Position numbers and translations under genes: made by a program | NCBI GenBank assembly: GCA_036172245.1 | Contig: JAYWIR010000015.1 | Location: forward strand, 2,790,001 to 2,854,000 | DNA length: 64,000 bases | From: Raillietiella orientalis | Lineage: Eukaryota | Direction: 5' to 3' | Part shown: in pieces, positions 50,559 through 62,769 of the stretch | How the letters are laid out: each line of letters begins with the position of its first letter | Numbering within the stretch: position 1 is the first letter of the stretch | Notes under the pieces: model-generated | What the model was told of the DNA's origin: nothing | What the model saw: the letters and a program-made list of their open reading frames with translations, nothing else | Database searches by the model: none

Positions 50559-51722
50559 TCACAGGCAGGTCGTCGCGACGCTCCTCGTTTCGCACTCGGG
50601 CGCGTAGACACATCCCGTCTCTGCGTCCGAGTAGGAGTTGTACAGCTCCTTGAACATCTTCCTGAACTGGCTGCTCATGCAGCAGTACAGGATGAAGTTG
50701 ATGGAGCTGTTGATTAGGGCCAGGAGGTCCAGAATCTCGTCCAAGTGCCTCACGCACTCCAGGTAGAAGCGCTTGCCGAAGAGGGCACTGAGGAGGGAAA
50801 GTATTCCTTGGGGCAGTTCGGTGATCAGGAACAGCATGAGGACGCACAGGAGCATGGTGGTGGTTCTCTCCTTCTGCCTGTGGGATAGGGCCTTCCTGGG
50901 GTTCCTGGAGGATGAGTTCCTGTTGGCGTCGTTGAGGACGAGTCTCTTCTTCTTGCTGGTCTCGCAAATCTTCTCGATGAGGCAGATGATGATGACGGTG
51001 AGGAGGAAGCAGGGGATGAGCTTGACGAACATGCCGTAGGTCCAGAAGTTGACTGTCCTGAAGGTCTTGCCCTGGCCACTAAGTCCGTCGACTACGTAGA
51101 GCTCGCTGCCGTTCCTGGTGGTCACGGAGCGGATGCGGAGGGAGAGGTACACCGGGAAGCACAGGACCGGAGGGATCAAGTAGCAGGCGCACACCGAGAG
51201 GATGGCTTTCTTCTGGGTGCACCAGGCGACGCTCCTGACGGGCAGCTTGATGTACACCAGGCGCCACATGGCGAGCGCCACCGTCAGCCAGATGCTGATG
51301 GTGTGGAAGATCTGCCCGAAATGGGCATGGAAGAGGACAAAGAGGGCCCACTCGTAGGTGTGCTTGTCCGGCTCCCCCCGGGAGTACAGGATGTAGTCGT
51401 GGCAGGTGTACGGGATGTACTCGAGCATCACGAGCAGGTCTGCTACGGCTAGCCCCGTCAGGATGGTATTGGTTGCCGAACGCATCTCCTTCCGGGTCAG
51501 GATGACCGTATTGACCACGTTGTTGAGCATCCCGAAGAGGCAGATGACGAGGCTGACGTAGCCGTACGCATCCCTGAACGCGTCTTGGAAACGAAGCATC
51601 CCTTCTCCGCAGAACAGGAATTCCTTACTCTGCTCCGGGTGACGACGGAGGTCGCCCGCCGTCGCCGTTACGTTGAGCAGGGAGAGCTCGGGTACGCCTT
51701 CCAGGGGGCGCGTGTCTCCCAT
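50559..51722 (-). CDS. MsR: Class A neuropeptide GPCR, myosuppressin receptor/DMSR family, single coding exon, ~387 aa
   Basis: Seven hydrophobic segments. Family motifs GYVSLVICLFG..N..N..ILTRKEM, TNTILTGLAVADLLVMLEYIPY, WALFVLFHAHF.QIFHTISIWLTV.LA.WR, KLIPC, RTT.MLL.VL.LFLITELPQGIL and LALINSSINFILYC.MS.QFR. Likely ATG at 51722 (MGDTRP..., N-glycosylation site NVT). The longer ORF to 52025 crosses a splice acceptor (pyrimidine tract + CAG, exon starts at 51781). Strong GC3 codon bias. Confidence 0.9.
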   Translation of the reverse strand: MGDTRPLEGVPELSLLNVTATAGDLRRHPEQSKEFLFCGEGMLRFQDAFRDAYGYVSLVICLFGMLNNVVNTVILTRKEMRSATNTILTGLAVADLLVMLEYIPYTCHDYILYSRGEPDKHTYEWALFVLFHAHFGQIFHTISIWLTVALAMWRLVYIKLPVRSVAWCTQKKAILSVCACYLIPPVLCFPVYLSLRIRSVTTRNGSELYVVDGLSGQGKTFRTVNFWTYGMFVKLIPCFLLTVIIICLIEKICETSKKKRLVLNDANRNSSSRNPRKALSHRQKERTTTMLLCVLMLFLITELPQGILSLLSALFGKRFYLECVRHLDEILDLLALINSSINFILYCCMSSQFRKMFKELYNSYSDAETGCVYAPECETRSVATTCL

Positions 51723-54700
51723 GGAGTGCTCGCTTTCCTCAAGGGGGCATCGCCACGGACCAGCAAGGGGGGCCGCGTCCTCTGGAAAGAGGGAGAGAAT
51801 CTCCCGTGAGAAAGCCGCCTCCGAGAGGTATTGAGGGGGGGAGGAGACAAGGGAACAAAGAGCGACCCCCGTTCCTGGTCCTTTCGACGCATCATGAGGT
51901 TCTTCCCCCCCCTTACTCCCTGCGCGGGAGAGAGAGGGAGGTGGAGGAAGAAGGGAGAGCGATCCAGCGCTCCTACGAAAGGAGGCACGCCCAGAGAGCT
52001 CCCTCTCCGCCTCGCCCTCCAGCAACTGCCCTGAGGGGTTCTGCTAGCGGAGACGCTTGGCGAGTGGACGCCACGGGAGACAGTTCCAGGAGGAAGGCGA
52101 ACCTCCCCTTCGATGTTCCGGGGGAACAGAATAACCGCTCCCCTCCCCCTTTCCGGGAAGAGCCCGCGGTGCACGCGTGAGGGGAGCGGCAGGGATTCCA
52201 GGATTCTGTGGTCAGTTCCAAGACGGTGGGCCTCGTTCAATTGGAGGAAGACCCTCTCTTTGAGCGTGGAACGCAACGGCCTTTCCCTCGGGGCACTGTA
52301 GGGGACAGGCGCTGCGAGGAACCAGCTCGTTGGGAGAGAGGGTGGAAGCGCGTCGACGGCGCGGACGGGGAGGGGAAGGGAAGAAGCTGGGAATAAGTGG
52401 GATGCAGCCCCACAGACAGCTCGAAAAGGAAGGAATCGAGAAGAGGAGGGGAAGAAGGAACTCCTTTCTTCCTGAAAAAAGCTCCGGGGGTTGGGGGACC
52501 CTACACGGGGAGAGGGATCGGCGGGATACCCGGCCGCGCTGGACCTTCTGGGAGCGGCAGACCCTCGCGACCGCCGGAATGGAGGCATCACCTCCTTCCT
52601 GAGATCCCTCTCAACGTCCACAGACGCTTCGAAGGAATCGAGGCTGGAGGAGGAGACTGGATCTCGCAGGAGGAATGCCACAGACTCTCCGAAGAGGACA
52701 TCCCTTCACTCGTCGCCGGAGGGACGTGTCCTCCCTACCTCCCTTCCTTCCTGGCTGCGGACTGTCGGCTGCTCTCAGTCAACTGTCCATGCCTTCGGCG
52801 ACCACAACGACCCGCTTATTCGACCGGTCGAACCCCCCTCCGTTGCCCTCGCCCTTCTCTTTCGGGAGGCAGGGGTCTCCTTCCGGAGGGATCCCTGGGA
52901 GAGGAAGTGACACGCTCATCCGGGGAAGAGGGATCCGTAAGGACTCTGAAGAGGCTCCAGCAAGAAGAGGGACGCCCGTGAGGGGGAAGCGGAGCACTCG
53001 GTGCTGCTCAGCTTTCGGAAGCGCAACGGAGGTGCCGCCCTCCCCCCCACCGTTCATCTAACCACTTGGGAGGACGGGAGGAGAGGAAGAGGAAGCGAAA
53101 GGTCAGTCCGGAACCTCCCCTCCGAGGAAGAGCTAAGGGAAGGCAGAAGTCACCAGTCGGGAAAAGTCAGGGTGGGAGCGGCGGAGTCCCATTGACTCCC
53201 ACTCCGCAAAGAGGGAGGTCGTCACAGTCTGGCTCGATTCTAGGTGGAGACTCCTTTCTCGCCCCGGCCCCCCCCCCGCAACGGTCGCGTCTCCCGCAGA
53301 GAGATGGAGAAACGAAACCGCGCTCCAGCCTGAAGGGGAGAGGGGACGAGGGAAAGGAGCTGGGAACCCTCAGAAGCGAACCTTTCGTCACCTCCTCCTT
53401 CTTTCCACCCATCCCTCTCGCTCCCCCTTCTCCCTTTGGAAGAGGTGGAGCGACTTCTTCCCTCTGGATACCTCAGGGGGGAAGGAGGGATGAGTCTCCG
53501 GAGACTTGGTCCTTATCATGAAGGCTCCAGTTGCCTCCCTCCCTCTCCGAAGGGGTTTCCGTGGCGTGGCAAACCGTGGGATGGGCACTTTCAGGGGAGA
53601 AGACGCCAGCACCTCCCTGAGCGGGCAGCGGCGCCATCCTTGACTCCGTACTCCGTAAGGACAAGGACGCCACGCATCAGGCGGCTCGCTCGCTGCCACC
53701 CTGCCGACGGCAAGTCCCATGGCCATGGCGAACCCTGGGCCAATCCAAAGCTCAGGTGAGCCGTCCCTTCCCCCTTTCCGTGCCCCCGGTCTCCGTCCAC
53801 CTCGAAGTTGCCTCAAGCGCGCTGATGCAGCCGCCGCCACCCTTTCATGAGACGTCCTACAGGAAGATTTCCGCTCATCCTGAAGGGGACGCTCATGCAG
53901 CTCTTCCGGCGCGGAGGAAGTCAGGCCGCTCAAGAAGGAGTGCGAGGGATTCGCCTTCGGGATGGGCGGAGAGTGGGCGGGTGGAAAGGCGCTCCCGCTT
54001 CGCCAGCCAAACCCTCTCAGCGGGAACGCGGCGCTCTTTGGCTCCTAGGACTCCTCCTCCTCCCCCACCTTCCCCTCTCTTCCCAGGAAAGGACGCTCCC
54101 GCCCCTCCAGGGAACAAGCGAGGAGTCATAGCGTCCCGGAGCGCTCCTGCCATCTTAGAACTCTCCCAGAAAGGCTCAGGGACAGGGAGGAAGCCGACGG
54201 GGGGGAGGAACGTGACGTCCAAGCGTGCCTCACCCCGGGAAGGCGGCAGGACATCGGCCCCTTCGGCAGCGGGGAGCGCCTTATCGATCGATCCCTCCTC
54301 ATCTGCGTCGCCTCAGTTGGAACCAGCGATCCCGGAAGCAGCATGGCGATCCCGCCGCGACTCGGAGATCACGAGCCACCCCCATGTCCCCCTGCTCTCT
54401 CTTCTCCTGCCCCTTCCCCCTCTCTTTCCCCGTCCCCACCCTCTCCCGGTCGTTTGACCTAGGAAGGATAGAGGAAGGAGAGGGACCGGGAGGAGGATCA
54501 GGGGAAGATCTCCTCCATCCCGGAACGGGGAGGGAAGAGGGGATCCCGTCCCATCCCTGCTGGTCGGGCCGCCCATTCGAGTGGGCGCTCTCGGAAGAGG
54601 AAGCCCTGCGAGCGAGCGCAGAAGACCCTCGAATAGCGGGAAAGAGGAGGAGGGGGAGCAACCCGAAGGGGTAGCCGTCCTTCCCGGCGGGATTCAAGGC

Positions 54701-55579
54701 CGCCTCCCGGAGAGAGGAGTTTCGGGCCGCCCTCCTAGAGGGAGACCAGGGAAGGGTTCTGCTCTCCCGTTTCCCTGCGCGCGAGGGAGGAGTGGCCGCG
54801 GACGAAGCCGCGCTGGAACGGCAGGACGTGGCGAGCACGGGAAGGAGAGGGAAGAAAGGGCTGACGTGACCTGAGCTAGGAGAGGGAGCAGACCGGCTCC
54901 GGCAAGCAGTCGCTGAGACAGGAGAGGAACGCGGGCAGGGGGAACCGGGGCGCAAGAAGAGACGAAGTCTTCTGGAGCGGCCTGCGGCGCAACGAGTCCC
55001 GACTAGGAGGGCTGCAGAGGTCTCCTGGCCTCCTCCGGTTTCCTGACCCCTGGGACTCAGGAAAAACGCCTTTGGAAGGGAAGGCGAGGAGGAAGGAGGA
55101 CCCCCATCCCTCATTCCCTCACCCCTCCCCTCCGTAACCGCTCTCACCTTCGCTCAATGTCGAGGGAACCCGAGGGCAAAGTTTGCTCCCTTGCTGACGT
55201 ATCAAGGTCTCTGGTGGCCCAGCCGCCCTTCTCAGTCCGTGGCTCGGGGGAGGAAAGGGTCGTGACGAAGGGGGACCCCCTTTATTCGCCGCGAGTGGAA
55301 TGAAGGGAGGATAGGAAGGCGCTACCGAGGAGGTCGCCGCGCGACCTCGGGGCACGGAGGGAGGAGGAGCCCTTCCCCCCTCCCGTGGGAGATCCACCGA
55401 AGGGTGTCAGAAATCCCATATAAGACCCTACAGAAACCTCCCCGGGCACTAACCGGGAGAAACCTCCCTCTCCTACCCGTCCTGGGCCCTTTCCCGGTGC
55501 GCAAGAAGACCCTGGGTTGTGGACCACTGCTTCGGTACCTCCGTCCTCCCTTCAAGCCCCCCACACGCGTCCTACCGGA

Positions 55580-56780
55580 ACGAATGTGCTTACCTGCGTG
55601 GAGGACGTACAAGCAGGACGCCCGCGTGCTCTCCCCCCCCCTGGGTGGAAGAGTCCCTCTCGGGAGGGCGAGTGTGGAAGGGATGGCGAGAAGGCGGCGT
55701 GAGGAGGGGGGAACAGGGGGAGGGGGAGGGGAGCACAGAGGGGCGGCGAGGGAAGCGCCGCCTCCGCGCCGGGAACTGCTCCTGCCGATCTTCCTGCAAT
55801 CGCGCGGGCACCCCGGCGGCCGGGACCTGCTGCGGCACTCCGTAGTCCTGGAGGACTGCCTTCCCTTGAGCGGCGCCGGGAGCTCTCCAGAAAATCCTCC
55901 GAGAACGCGTGTCCGTACTGCGCTCGAGAGCAGACGCTCCCCGATGCCTTCGCGCGCTCCCGCCTCCTTCAGCACCACGGCGCAGAAGCTGCGGGAACCC
56001 TCTCCGTGTTGCGGGAATAGAAGGATGTTCCCAGAGACGTGAGGCATGGAACGGCCACGCAGGGCCTCCTCCCTTTTCCTGCCTAGCCGTCCCCCCGCCT
56101 CCCTCGGCCGAGCGGCAACTCTGCTGCTGGAACTGGGCAGGAAGATCGGTGTACCCCACCCCCAGTTCTGGTACTTGCCGTCCCAGGAAGGAAGGACGAA
56201 GAGGATGAGCAGGGGCGCTGCATCCGGAGGACTTGCCCCGCGGTTGCCTTTCGGCAGGAAGTGGCCGAATGCTCTCGTACCCGCAAAAGGAAGAGGAATG
56301 AAAGGAGACCTCGGGAGGGACTGGCAGGAAGATCGGAGAAGGGGGAGGGGAGCATGAAGCAGGGAATCTTCTCCTCATCCTGTCCTTTCCCTTCCGCCGG
56401 TGCAGGGATGCGTCCAGGGATAAGCAGGAGGATGACGCTACTCCAGGAAAGGAGAGATTCGAGAAGACCAGGAAAGAAGGGTTCGCTCTCCGGGATGGAA
56501 AAGGAAACTCTTCTAGCATTCTTGGAACTCCTGGATAGTTTCCGGAAGATCTCATAACATTTCTGCAGACAAGCACGGCGCCGGAGAAGGAGGGAGGGAG
56601 GGAAGAAGGATGGAACCTCTCCCTCGAGTGCTCGCCCCTTCCTTCCGAGCGCACGCCCTTCCCTAGGGAGTAGAGTCCCTCGGGGAAGCCGATCAGCCGG
56701 TCCTCTAGGAACGGACTCGGAAGGGATCGCTCCGGAATAGCTGAGGGATAGCTCGTTCCTGGAGAAGAACACATCCTGCT
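55580..56780 (-). pseudogene. Possible decayed kekkon-like LRR-Ig gene (GC-rich copy)
   Basis: LIGFPEGL, SFSGAVLV, HVSGNILLFP, VP..VPARLQ..F, GESTRASC. Weaker than the other copies. Confidence 0.28.
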
Positions 56781-57699
56781 CCCAGAGAACGGCAGAGGAC
56801 GAACCCTTCCTCATTTCCCAGATATCGCGAAGGAGTCGCTCTCGGGCCGGAAATCGCGCAGATACCCCAGCAGCCCCTTCCTGTCTGAGTTGACTCCCGC
56901 AGACCCCGTGGGTCGGGCCTCAAATGCACTTCGACTGCCCTTAGTCAAGAGGAGCAGGAGGGTAGGAAAGCGAGGGTTGATCCCGGAAGGGACCACCACC
57001 CCGCGGAAGTCCAGCTCGCGCGGTCCAGAAGGGAGGGAGACGAAGCTCTGCAGCAGGGGAAAGGAAGTGGGGCTCCAGTCCATGAGCTGCAGGGGAGCGG
57101 CAAGTGGTGGAGGCAACTGGAAAAAAAAGGAAAAAGGGAAAAGGGCCAGCCGCTCAAGACATCGGTCCGGCCAGGGAACCCCGCGGGAGACGGACTGGGG
57201 TAGCACAGCAGCTGCTTCCACGCAGCCGTCCTCTCTCCCTGAGACTGGGTAGCCCTACGGGAGGGGAGGAGAAGGCTCCTCCTCCCTTCCGTGTCTCGAG
57301 GTCGCGCGGCGGTCCTCCTCGGTAGCGCCCCCTTTCCTTACTCAAGCCACGGACTGCGAGAGGCGGCTGGCATACCCGCGACCTTGACACATCAGCGAGA
57401 AAAGAGAGCGGACCAAGGAGGGAGGGGAGCGGACTTTGCGCTCACGTTCTCTTGCTTTGGGCAGGGGTGAGCGCGGTTTTAGAGGGGATGAGCAACAGAG
57501 GGCGGAATAGGGAAGGGAGGGAAAGGAGTCCTTCCTAAGAGCGGTGGGGCAAAAACATACGTCTTGTTGGAGGTGGAGGGGCCCGTTACCGGGGCGACGG
57601 CAGCCGGCGTTTCGCCTACTCGGGAGCATTGAAGGTGGTGGCGCGAGCGAGAGGGGGGCACATGAGGATGGAGGGCAGCGAGCCCGCTGCATCTGAAGG

Positions 57700-59770
57700 A
57701 CTCGATGCCTTCGGCCACACACAGGAGAAGGACGGACAGGCTGAAAGGAAGGCACAGGTGACGCGGGGAGACTCCCAGAAGGAGACAGAGACGTCCGGAA
57801 TCACCACAGCGCCATCTCCACGAGACCAAGAGAGCTTCCGGTCATGAACAGACCACCGAATTTGCCCGCTGCTGCTGCTGCTTCCACGAAAGGGAAGGGA
57901 GGTGTCCGAGGACAGGACCCCCTGAAAAGAAGAACGAGGAGGAGGAGTGGGAGCGTGGGGGTCCACTCCCGAGAAGGGAAAGGGGGAGGATACGGAAGCG
58001 GCGGCTCAATTCGGGAAGGTTGAAGGATCACGTTCACCTGGTCGGCGACCGTACACCGACTCCCGCTTCCCATAGAGATGTCGGAAAGATCCCCAAGCGC
58101 CCTGGAACTCTTGGAGGCGTTCTCTCTCCCCATCCTTGGTTCCCTAGGAAACGAGCTGTCCTCGCTGCCATCTCAGAAGCCACTGAGGGTTCCAGCATCG
58201 AGCAGACGAGCTCCATCTCCCTCTCCTACATTCTTCCGAGTCCTTTCCTCCCTTCTCCCCTCTTCTTCTCCGAGCCATTGTCCGGTATGACGAGGGACAT
58301 CAGAGACGCCGCATCCTTCCGTGCTCACCTTCCAGGGTGGGATGCTAGCAGAGGCTGCCGCCACTGTCGGCAAGATCTCCTCCTCGTCCACCTTCAATCT
58401 CGCCCACGGGGCCCACGCGACCCTACACTCCTTGTCCAAGCAGGACCCACCTGAGCTTTCCTCTTCTCCACCAGAAGCAACCCGTCCCATGTCCCTCCAC
58501 GCAGCACTGTCCGCCCTTAAGACAATGACAGCAGCCGACTGGCGGGGCGGGAGTTGTTTTGCAACATTGCAGGAACCTGAAAAACTCCTCGACGACCTCA
58601 AGACGAGTGGGCGGGTTGGTGGATGGCGTCGCTCGTCATTTCTGAGAGAAGCGACTTTTTCGGTGGAGCGACCTGCTCGGTTTAACACCTGGTAACGCGA
58701 GGACACTTATTATAAAAAATAATAAACATATAGATGTAGGACCATCGACCCTACATCGTCCGAAAATGTTTGGAGCCTGCCAAGTAACCGGCACTCACGC
58801 CGGCGAGGTTCGCCTCGGCAGCGGAAGGAAAGGGGACAAGCAAAAATAAAAATAAATCATAAAAAAAAAAACTCTGGGGGCGCGGGAAGGGGTCGCTGCC
58901 CGCTGGAGGGAGTCCTCTGCATCCTTTCCAGAATGCCGGCAATTTCCATCCGAGCATGCCCCAGATGGGGTCATCTAGCTGCCGTCCGCAGGAAGTGTAG
59001 GGAGAAGCAGATGGCGTCCCTATCGCGCCGTCCTCCTCCACTGGCGTGACTGCAGACCACCGCAATCCCGCGTAGGCAGCAGCAAAGAGCTGCTAGGGAT
59101 GCGGCAGGTGAAAGGGCATCGCGCACGAAGAGGCGCTTCATCACGTCCTTGGGATTGTCCGTCGGTGCACCAAGGGCCGTTGCGTGACGCGACCACAGGG
59201 GCTGGAGGGCAAGAACACAGTCTAGGAGCAGGTGCGGGATCTGGGATTCCCGTTCCCTGCAACCTGCAACAGTTGGGGTGCACAGACCCCAGTGTCCAGT
59301 GATGCCTGAGGGCGTTGCACGGGAGGTCCCAGTGCAACAGCAGAAGTGCCGACTCTTGCCACTTCAGGGGGAGGGCCCGGCTGCTCTTCGGCGCTGGTGA
59401 CCTGTTCGGTATGCCACTTCTGTGTTCCCGCTCCGTTGGAAACACGTTCTTCTGTTTCTATACTCGGGATTCCCGTATAACCAGTGCAGACACCTGATTT
59501 TCGGGGGGAGTTGTATCCCGGATTTGTTTAAGGTACGGGACGATGGAATCGTTCCCTCACGTCTTGTTGGATTGCAGTGCCCTGGAAGACATTGGCGGAG
59601 ATTCTCTCAGGCTCTTTGTCGACCGTAAATCCCTTGCTTCGGACTCGCTGCAGAGCTTCTTCGCTTAAGGCGGGCTGAAGACGGCAGTGATCGCAACCAT
59701 CTGTTGCTTCCGCGCCATGGTAACAGTCCGCCATGTGCTGGAGTCACATTCACAGCGAAGGTAGTCCACC
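57700..59770 (-). pseudogene. Decayed kekkon-like LRR-Ig-TM gene split by the LINE at 58707-59445
   Basis: Above the LINE: RCECDS-MADC, ISANVFQG, LKQI..LHWLYGNP. Below it: LQNN..CCHCL, PWARLKVDEEEILP, GCGVSDVP..QWL and hydrophobic LCLPFSLSVLLLCV. Confidence 0.45.
58707..59445 (-). mobile_element. 5'-truncated non-LTR retrotransposon 3' end (L1/Tx1-like), copy 2
   Basis: With one frameshift reads LPLKWQESALLLLHWDLPCNALRHHW..PNCCR-CRERESQIPHLLLDC..PLW, the C-x2-C-x8-H-x4-C zf-RVT knuckle of L1/Tx1 ORF2. Followed by a 3' UTR with a stem-loop (58733-58757) and an A/T tail. Confidence 0.78.
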
Positions 59771-60779
59771 AGCGTGGCAGCCGATTTCATGAGGATGGCT
59801 GCAAGGTGGCCTCATCTGCCAGAAGAGGTCATTAGGGAGTCGACACCACACACAGCCGATCCTAGAAAGCAGGGGACCCCTGTCTCTACCCTTCCGTCTT
59901 TGTTTATTTATTTTTTTATTTATTGTTCCCTCCCTCCGTTCGGTTCCCTACTTATGCAGAAGTCGATCGCGTGCCAATGGTCATCCCCAATGAACTTTTT
60001 TTTGTCATTTCTTGTGTTCAGGAGACACTGCTGTTCCTCCCTGTCTTGTCGCCTATTTTTTTTTAAATGAGCATCCCTGAGTCACCGGATAAAAATCCAC
60101 CTCGCCGAGCGAGGAATCGAGTGCAGATGAGCATCGGAACAACTCGGTCGTTTGCAGGCATCCACAAGAGATGTCAGGTGCCACGAACAGCAGCATCCTT
60201 TGAGGACTATTCATCCTTCCATCCTCGAGACGTGGCTGTCCGAGAAGAAGCACCACGCCCACTCCATTCTTTCTCACTCTTTTTTTCTCTCCCTCTCTCT
60301 CTCCCAGATAGAAAAGAAATAAAGCAGCGCTTCTCTTAGAAGGAATGCTGCGAACTTTTTATCAAAATGGAGATTAGCAGATGATGGATCCAATGCACCA
60401 TCAATCCAGGAACGGATGCGATTTGAATTCGAAGCGGAGAGCAGGGACGCTGACGGAGGTTCGCTCGTGATCCGGGAATTTCGAAGTCTCGGACATGAGC
60501 GACGGAGCGCAGCCACTGCATCCCAATGCTTCCGAATTTCCCTCCGGTTCGCTTCGAGAAGAACGGGTTTCAAACTGCGTCTCGGGACTTCAACGTCAGC
60601 TGACATGTCCGACTCCATCCCTTAGCATTCTCATCGGGTGGGGGCAATTATCGACTTTCGGGAAGGAGCTCCTGTTTTGGGGGGGAAGAGGAGGAAGATA
60701 ATTCCATTTTTAGGTGACTCGGTGTGCCAGTTCGAGTACTTCCGGTGAATAACCTGAGAAGACTTGCTCGCGCTGAGGG

Positions 60780-62631
60780 CACAGTGGGCGGCCTCTGCAA
60801 CACACGCGACACGCTCGGACGCACAGCATCCGTGAAAGCGTTGTGGCTGCCCCGTGATCATGGATTCCGGGCACTTCATCCAAACAGGCGTGAAAACGCA
60901 ACGGAAACGGAAGGAGGCGGAAGGGAGGGCAGTCGGTCTGCATGTCCTGCTGCCCGCAGGCGCGCGGGCACGAGGAGTGCATGCCAGGCTACGAACGATC
61001 TTCCAGTCTCTCGAGGCGTCTCTTCTTCCTCGGGAAGAATGGATACACCTGATGACTCCCCCCTATATGGGCTTTGAGCGAAAACATTCTCTCGACGAGT
61101 TCGGATGGAGCATCGATTTTGTAAATCGAAAATCAATGAAGGCTTCTGCTTTCCCTTGAATCCCGTACGATGCGTCAGGAAATCCGCCTCTAATGCCCAA
61201 CATTAAAGTCGCATTCAACGTTGCGGTGCGTATACAGAGCAACCACTCTCGAATAAATACAATTCGCGTCCTAAATGAAACCGTGCAGCACGCGCACACG
61301 CACGATTGCATCGCCTTATCACATCAAGCAACCATGATCCTCCTCCACCGCAAATGAACTCCATCCCCTTTCTCTTCTTCACTTTCCACAGTGTAGATCC
61401 TTCGTATTAGGAATTCCCTTGCGGTGGGGTTTCACATGATTTTCATGGTGTCATTCCTCCGAACATCTTCGCGAGCGATTCCAGTCATCGGTGCAAGGAC
61501 ACGGAAGGCGCATGTAAGAAGACGAGTCTTTCACGGATGGGTAACGACGGAAAGGATACGTGCACCGTCCACATGTACATTACTTCAAGTTCAATAATCT
61601 AATCGGATCGGCTGGTGATGGATGACTTGGGCAATCGGTAAGTACGGCTTGTAGATAGCCGCGAATAGCGCAAAGTCCTCGGGAATGAGTTTCAAACAAA
61701 TATTACTCTGACGGGGACCGAACTGCAACGAATCTTCCGTGTTTCGTTTTGTTTTCCACAATTATCCGGCATCGTTTCCACACTTATTCGCTTTCCGCGG
61801 AACACTGGTGTTCCGCGGAAAGAGGATAAGTGTTCCGTGGAAAATTATGAAAATTGATATTTTTTTAAAAAAACGCCATCAAGTTTATTTTACTGTTTTC
61901 ATGTGTTTTGTTTCACATAATTAAAATTCGAGAATAAATGTTTTGCTTTGTTTCCTTAACTCTTATATTTGCTTGCTTGATTTATTTCTCATTAACATTG
62001 GCCTACCCTATAAAATAACCAAGTTAAAAAATCTCGGGATTTGTGGAAGTGTTCCGCCGTAGGAAAAGTTTGCACTAGGGTACGGCTGAGGGACCACAGG
62101 CCGGACCTATTTATCAGCTCTATTCCGAAGCTGATGAATCAATTATTCCTTCACCAGAATGACTGTGGAAGATTTTATCCACTTGTCCCCAGCGAAACAA
62201 TGGTAAGGGGTGTGGTAACCCTGCTTTTGCGTAAGGCAGATGCGTCCGCTAATTCACGCTGCAGAAGTATTCGCTCCCTTTTTGTCTCTTTCCAAGGAAG
62301 CTCATTCCCGCTTTCCAAGCAAGTTTAGGGGCTGGAAAGCACCAGAGCAACACAAAAGCGTGCCTTTGGATCTCTCACGGTAAGCTGTGCGCGTAACAGG
62401 GATCATCAAAGTGATGAGAATATCATGAATCATTAACAGGCAATCATCAGAGGTATTCCAACGTTCCCACACGAGTAGGCTAGCCTCGAGAGATCTCTTC
62501 CACATGTGGCTTCTTTTTTCTTTTCTTTTCTTTTGGGAGGGGGAGGGAGGCTTGCAGATTGCTTCGACAACTGTCGAAGGCCGGAGGATGCCTCTCATCT
62601 CCATCACACTAATCAAGCACACAAGGAACAT
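60780..62631 (-). pseudogene. Decayed kekkon-like LRR-Ig gene split by the MITE at 61770-62075
   Basis: Above the MITE: signal-like FLVCLISV..VVEAICKPP, MWK, LLMIHDIL, GAFQPLNLL, ERILLQR. Below it: CLKLIPEDF, LESL..GMTP*KSC, NATLMLGIRGGFPDA and VACVAE. Confidence 0.52.
61770..62075 (+). mobile_element. hAT-derived MITE copy 2
   Basis: CATCGTTTCC start, palindrome CTTTCCGCGGAACACTGGTGTTCCGCGGAAAG (61791-61822), and blocks shared with 39183-39575 (TTATGAAAATTGATAT, GTGTTTTGTTT.ACATAA, CCCTATAAAATA.CCAAG). Right end GTGTTCCGCC..AAAAGTTTG. Confidence 0.78.
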
Positions 62632-62769
62632 TCATAATTTCATTTCTGAAAGAGGAATCCATCTTCGGGAACAGATTTGATAACTGGTGTAAACTTCGAT
62701 TAGGTGTGGGAATTCCAGTGAAACCAGGACTGTCACCCGTCCGCAGACGGAACACGGAAAATCAATGAT

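Noticed and set aside
51723..52025. N-terminal 101-aa extension of the GPCR ORF
   Set aside because: Begins at a non-ATG codon and crosses a clear splice acceptor; the ATG at 51722 gives a typical N-terminus.
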